From NCBI RefSeq assembly GCF_006345805.1, contig NW_021826065.1, forward strand, positions 1 to 13,839: DNA of 13,839 nucleotides, given 5' to 3'. Positions 9,445 to 13,839 of this stretch are shown piece after piece. The position numbers were made by a program, and so were the translations under genes. The notes below the pieces were generated by a model. The model had not been told where the DNA came from, ran no database searches, and saw only the letters and a program-made list of their open reading frames with translations. How positions within the stretch are numbered: position 1 is the first letter of the stretch; each line of letters starts with the position of its first letter. The stretch is from Octopus sinensis. Its lineage: Eukaryota.

Positions 9445-9760
9445 AATAATGAGGGAGATACATTTAATATTAATTTAATAATATCAATTTAAGACAGTAG
9501 CCTAGCATAAAAAAATCTGAAAATCAGAGAAAATTCTAATACATGTGTATATTTAAAGGGCAAGACCACTAGGTAGTCGGCCGTATGCTAGAAATAGATC
9601 ACCTAGGATCAATCTACAAAGAAAAGAATTTTCTCTAGAAGAAAATTCAGCGGACCAAGAACAATTGGCGGGCATTCTTTCTTTGTAGTTTGATCGTAGG
9701 TGATCTATTTCTAGCATACGGCCGACTACCTAGCGGTCTTGCCCTTTGAATATATCAATG

Positions 9761-9765
<5 letters not shown>
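9445..9765. mobile_element. Asymmetric fold-back repeat in (TA)n, copy 2
   Basis: About 81-bp inverted arms at 9548-9629 and 9674-9754, with 4 mismatches and 1 indel by manual alignment. Confidence 0.8.
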
Positions 9766-9799
<34 letters not shown>

Positions 9800-9810
9800 A
9801 TATAATAATA

Positions 9811-10213
9811 GGCGTAGGAGGGCTGTGTGGTAAGTAGCTTGCTAACCAACCACATGGTTCTGGGTTCAGTCCCACTGCGTGGCATCTTGGGCAAGTGTCT
9901 TCTGCTATAGCCCCGGGCAGACCAATGCCTTGTGAGTGGATTTGGTAGACGGAAACTGAAAGAAGCCTGTCGTATATATGTATGTATATATGTATGTGTG
10001 TTTGTTTGTGTGTCTGTGTTTTTCCCCTTAGCATTGCTTGACAACCGATGCTGGTGTGTTTACGTCCCCTTTACTTAGCGGTTCGGCAAAAGAGACCGAT
10101 AGAATAAGTACTGGGCTTACAAAGAATAAGTCCCGGGGTCGATTTACTCGACTAAAGGCGGTGCTCCAGCATGGCCGCAGTCAAATGTCTGAAACAAGTA
10201 AAAGAGTAAAAGA

Positions 10214-10215
<2 letters not shown>
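9811..10215 (+). mobile_element. Full-length tRNA-derived SINE, family A
   Basis: GGCGTAGGAG-GGCTGTGTGG (A box-like), GGGTTCAGTCCC (B box-like), CTTGGGCAAGTGTCTT, internal (TA)/(TG) tract, tail ending GAAACAAGTAAAAGAGTAAAAGAGT; embedded in (TA)n. Confidence 0.92.
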
Positions 10216-10254
<39 letters not shown>

Positions 10255-10255
<1 letters not shown>

Positions 10256-10686
10256 GTTCCACTGCATTATATATAATGCTATATGAGGAATTTGTGAATG
10301 GAAAGAGACCCAATAGAAACCAAGGCTGCGATTTAAGAACTGTGTCAAGTCCTCATTAAAGGCCTATGATATGTAGGAGATTGACTGGAAGAGCAAGGCC
10401 TGTCATCACCACAGATGGAGGAAGCAGGTTAAGGAAGGGGTCGACTAATATTTTGAAGCACATGTTTTGCATGAAGAACATAAGTGCGCTGCTTGAAGGC
10501 ACACTGTTTGTTTAGTGAATGGGGAAGGGCTTGGTTGGCAAGGTTTGCAGTCGTGTATGCTTGCCAAGGGCAGAACTCATTAGCCACCAACGGAGCCGCA
10601 AATGCGACATAGAGGTTAGTCCTAGAGCGCACAATGTTCCTGAAGGTCAGCAAATATCTGCCTAGGTCACGAGAGGACGGCCATCT
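10255..10686 (+). mobile_element. 5'-truncated, pseudogenised RTE-clade LINE 3' end
   Basis: With frameshifts and stops it reads IMLYEEFVNGKRP/PRLRFKNCVKSSLKA...WKSKA...RWRKQVKEG...[19 protein letters not shown], matching the RTE/BovB-type C-terminus (LYGEL..GKR..G.P..R.KD; C..C.R.C....GL.SH.R). Confidence 0.85.
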
Positions 10687-10788
10687 TTTATATATATATA
10701 TATAAATATATATATATATACATATACATATATACAAACACACACACATATATAGATATCCTATATATATATACATATATCTATAGAT

Positions 10789-10832
<44 letters not shown>

Positions 10833-11372
10833 GTATATATGTATATATATATATGTATATATATATATGTATATATATATATATAATGCGTGTGTGTGTG
10901 TGTTTTTCGTGTGTATATATATACATATATATATATATATGTTATTTGTATGCATGTCTGTATGCATGTATTTATATGCGTCAAGAAATATACATTAGTG
11001 TTTTTAGAAGAATAATTTCGTGTATATATACATATATATGCATATGCGTATAGGTGTGTGTGTGTGTGTATGACAGAGAGAGAGAGACAGGGGGAGACAG
11101 GGACAGAGAATATATATTTATGTAAAAAATAAATATATATATATATATTAGTTAATCTATACCAGTTCGTTAACATTTATGTTTATAGTGTCACATACAC
11201 ACATACACACATAAATACATACACATATATTTTTATACATGTACACACAAATGCGCACGCACATAGATACGCACATATATACATTTACGCATCTGACATT
11301 ACTTATTTGTTGTGAATATAAATTAATGCATTCTAGCAAAAAAAAATTACCGATACAGCTTCAACTAACTCT

Positions 11373-11373
11373 A

Positions 11374-11447
<74 letters not shown>

Positions 11448-11461
11448 TGATGATGATGATG

Positions 11462-11492
<31 letters not shown>

Positions 11493-11602
11493 TGATGATG
11501 ATAATAATAATAATAGTGATAATAATAATAATAATAATAATAATGATAATAATAATAATAATTATAATAATAATGATGATGATGATAATAATAATAATAG
11601 TG

Positions 11603-11645
<43 letters not shown>

Positions 11646-11935
11646 TAATAATAATAATAATAATAATGATGATGATAATAATAATGATAATAATAATAAT
11701 AACAATAATAATGATGATGTCGATGATGTTGATGATGATGACGATGATGATGATGATGATGATGATGATGATAACAATTATCATAATGATAATGACAAAA
11801 ATGATAATAATATTAGTAATCATTATAATGACGATAAAAATGATGACAATAATAATGATACCACTAATATTACTACTACTACCACCACAACAACAACAAC
11901 TACTACTACTACTACTACTACTAATAATAATAATA

Positions 11936-11981
<46 letters not shown>

Positions 11982-12004
11982 GTAATAATAATAACAATAA
12001 TAAT
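11373..12004. repeat. 630-bp compound trinucleotide array (TAA)n/(TGA)n/(CTA)n/(CAA)n
   Basis: Direct reading; yields artefactual poly-I/M/N ORFs. Confidence 0.95.
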
Positions 12005-12527
12005 CTGCAAGAGTAATTATGTTCCATAGTCTGTAATGTTTTACAGTTCAGTTCTCTCGAAGATGAAATGCTTTAAAGCAGTTTTATGACCGAAATACGA
12101 TTCCCATTGACACACCTGCATGGAGTTACACCTCCGTTAATAATATACCTTTACATACATACATACATACATACATGCTACATTCATACATACATACTAC
12201 ATACATACATACATACACAATACATACATCATATACATATATATATACATATATCTGTATATATATATATAATATATATGTGTAGTTTATAATATATATA
12301 TATATTATATATATATATATATAGGTGTGTGTGTGTTTGCATTATGCACATACACACACACGAACACACACATATATGTATATATTCATACATATACAGA
12401 CATATATTCTTGTACATTTACCCTTATTGTGCCATATATTAGCCTCACTCCCTTTCGTATGTCTAATTAATATAATTCTCATATATATATTGAAAGTGTA
12501 TATACATATATACATACATACATATAC

Positions 12528-12574
<47 letters not shown>

Positions 12575-12719
12575 TATATATACAGAAATATATATATATA
12601 TATCATGCACACGTGCATTTATATATACATATATATAGTATATATAATATATATATATATATTATATATATTTATAAATATATATATATGTATAAATATA
12701 TCTATATCTATATCTATAT

Positions 12720-12752
<33 letters not shown>

Positions 12753-12771
12753 GTAATATATAATATATATA

Positions 12772-12809
<38 letters not shown>

Positions 12810-13118
12810 TAAACGGCTAAGCTGTTTGTGTAACGTCGTGTGTGTGCATGCGCCTACGTCATTCGGTATCCACGTTGTGTTGTCTTTGTGTCACGACGAA
12901 GAAATCGCTGTAAGTTACTGAAAACCTATTAAACTTATTAAAACATTTCATGCTCGTTTGTTTTGATTTCTTTGTCTTTATTCTGTGGCATGTGTCTATT
13001 TCTGACTGGCACTCCGTTTTCGCCATACGCATCAAGCTAGAATCTGCCATGAATTTTCATCCGTCCATACCTAGGTGCATCAGTGCGTGTATTCTTTCAA
13101 TCTATTATTCTGACACTA

Positions 13119-13120
<2 letters not shown>

Positions 13121-13163
<43 letters not shown>

Positions 13164-13189
13164 CTATCTATCTATCTATCTATCTATCT

Positions 13190-13228
<39 letters not shown>

Positions 13229-13254
13229 CTTCTATCTATCTATTATATATCTAT

Positions 13255-13289
<35 letters not shown>

Positions 13290-13380
13290 ATCTATCTATC
13301 ATCTATCTATCTATCTATCATTTATCTATCTATCTATCTATCTATCTATATATCTATCTATCTATCTATCTATCTATCTA

Positions 13381-13431
<51 letters not shown>

Positions 13432-13432
13432 A
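13121..13432. repeat. (TCTA)n/(TCTG)n tetranucleotide microsatellite
   Basis: Direct reading. Confidence 0.95.
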
Positions 13433-13655
13433 TCTCTCGACATGGACGGACGCTAGTCAAATGAGCTCCACGTAAGTTGGTCATTTTGTACGTTGAAAAT
13501 TGTTTATTGTGAAATATTTTCTGTTTAAAAGTTGTGCAACAACATCCACTGCAAACCTTGATTAATATCTACACAAAATTTTGCCCCTGTGGGCAAAATT
13601 TAAAAGAAAAAATTCTCATAGCCTTCGTGGTTTCATTTAGCCATTTTATTTCAAA

Positions 13656-13839
13656 ATGGCCAATGGTCACCACGAGGCTGAGGTGCAAGTCAAGCGTGAC
13701 GCAGAGGCAGAAAAACAGGATGCTCTGATACCTTACGCTGAACCTGACAACTCCGCCACCATCAACATCGACAACAGCAACAAATACAAAACAAAGGTCG
13801 CAAGGCCAAGCACCGTCAACACCATCAGTGAGTCCACCA
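13656..13839 (+). CDS. Probable first coding exon of an unidentified protein; open to the window end or ending at a donor after 13827
   Basis: Acceptor TTTCATTTAG ends at 13640; ATG in strong context TCAAAATGG; 61 stop-free, relatively GC-rich codons MANGHHEAEVQVKRDAEAEKQDALIPYAEPDNSATINIDNSNKYKTKVARPSTVNTISEST. Possible donor GTGAGT at 13828; upstream donor GTAAGT at 13472. Confidence 0.65.
   Translation, partial: MANGHHEAEVQVKRDAEAEKQDALIPYAEPDNSATINIDNSNKYKTKVARPSTVNTISEST

Noticed and set aside
10429-10926. 165-aa minus-strand ORF
   Set aside because: Antisense to the RTE fragment plus (TA)n; the + strand carries the recognisable RTE motifs.
11371-12027. 218-aa and 189-aa low-complexity ORFs
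   Set aside because: Translations of (TAA)/(TGA) arrays; no splice or codon evidence.
12859-13075. 63-aa minus ORF and hydrophobic plus-strand ORF start at 12950
   Set aside because: No recognisable domain or convincing splice pair; the plus ORF runs into (TCTA)n.

Overview
Eukaryotic, very AT-rich, microsatellite-saturated genomic DNA. The SINE families, (TA)n/(TAA)n/(TCTA)n load and LINE types look most like a coleoid cephalopod, probably Octopus (inference from remembered repeat families, not a database hit). Nearly all ORFs in the supplied track are microsatellite or repeat artefacts. Two probable host exons are missing from the track: a terminal exon at 1592-1803 encoding the C-terminal half of a GPI-anchored Ly6/uPAR (quiver/sleepless-like) protein, and a probable first coding exon starting at 13656. 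Between them lie three tRNA-derived SINE families, a non-autonomous Helitron, an R4/Dong LINE 3' end inside (TAA)n, an RTE LINE 3' end and several Penelope-like fragments. The most notable pattern is about eight type I hammerhead-ribozyme-like motifs from several repeat families, including an inverted pair flanking about 1 kb. Each copy read by eye has some departure from the canonical core, so activity is unproven. Several long fold-back elements sit in (TA)n tracts.
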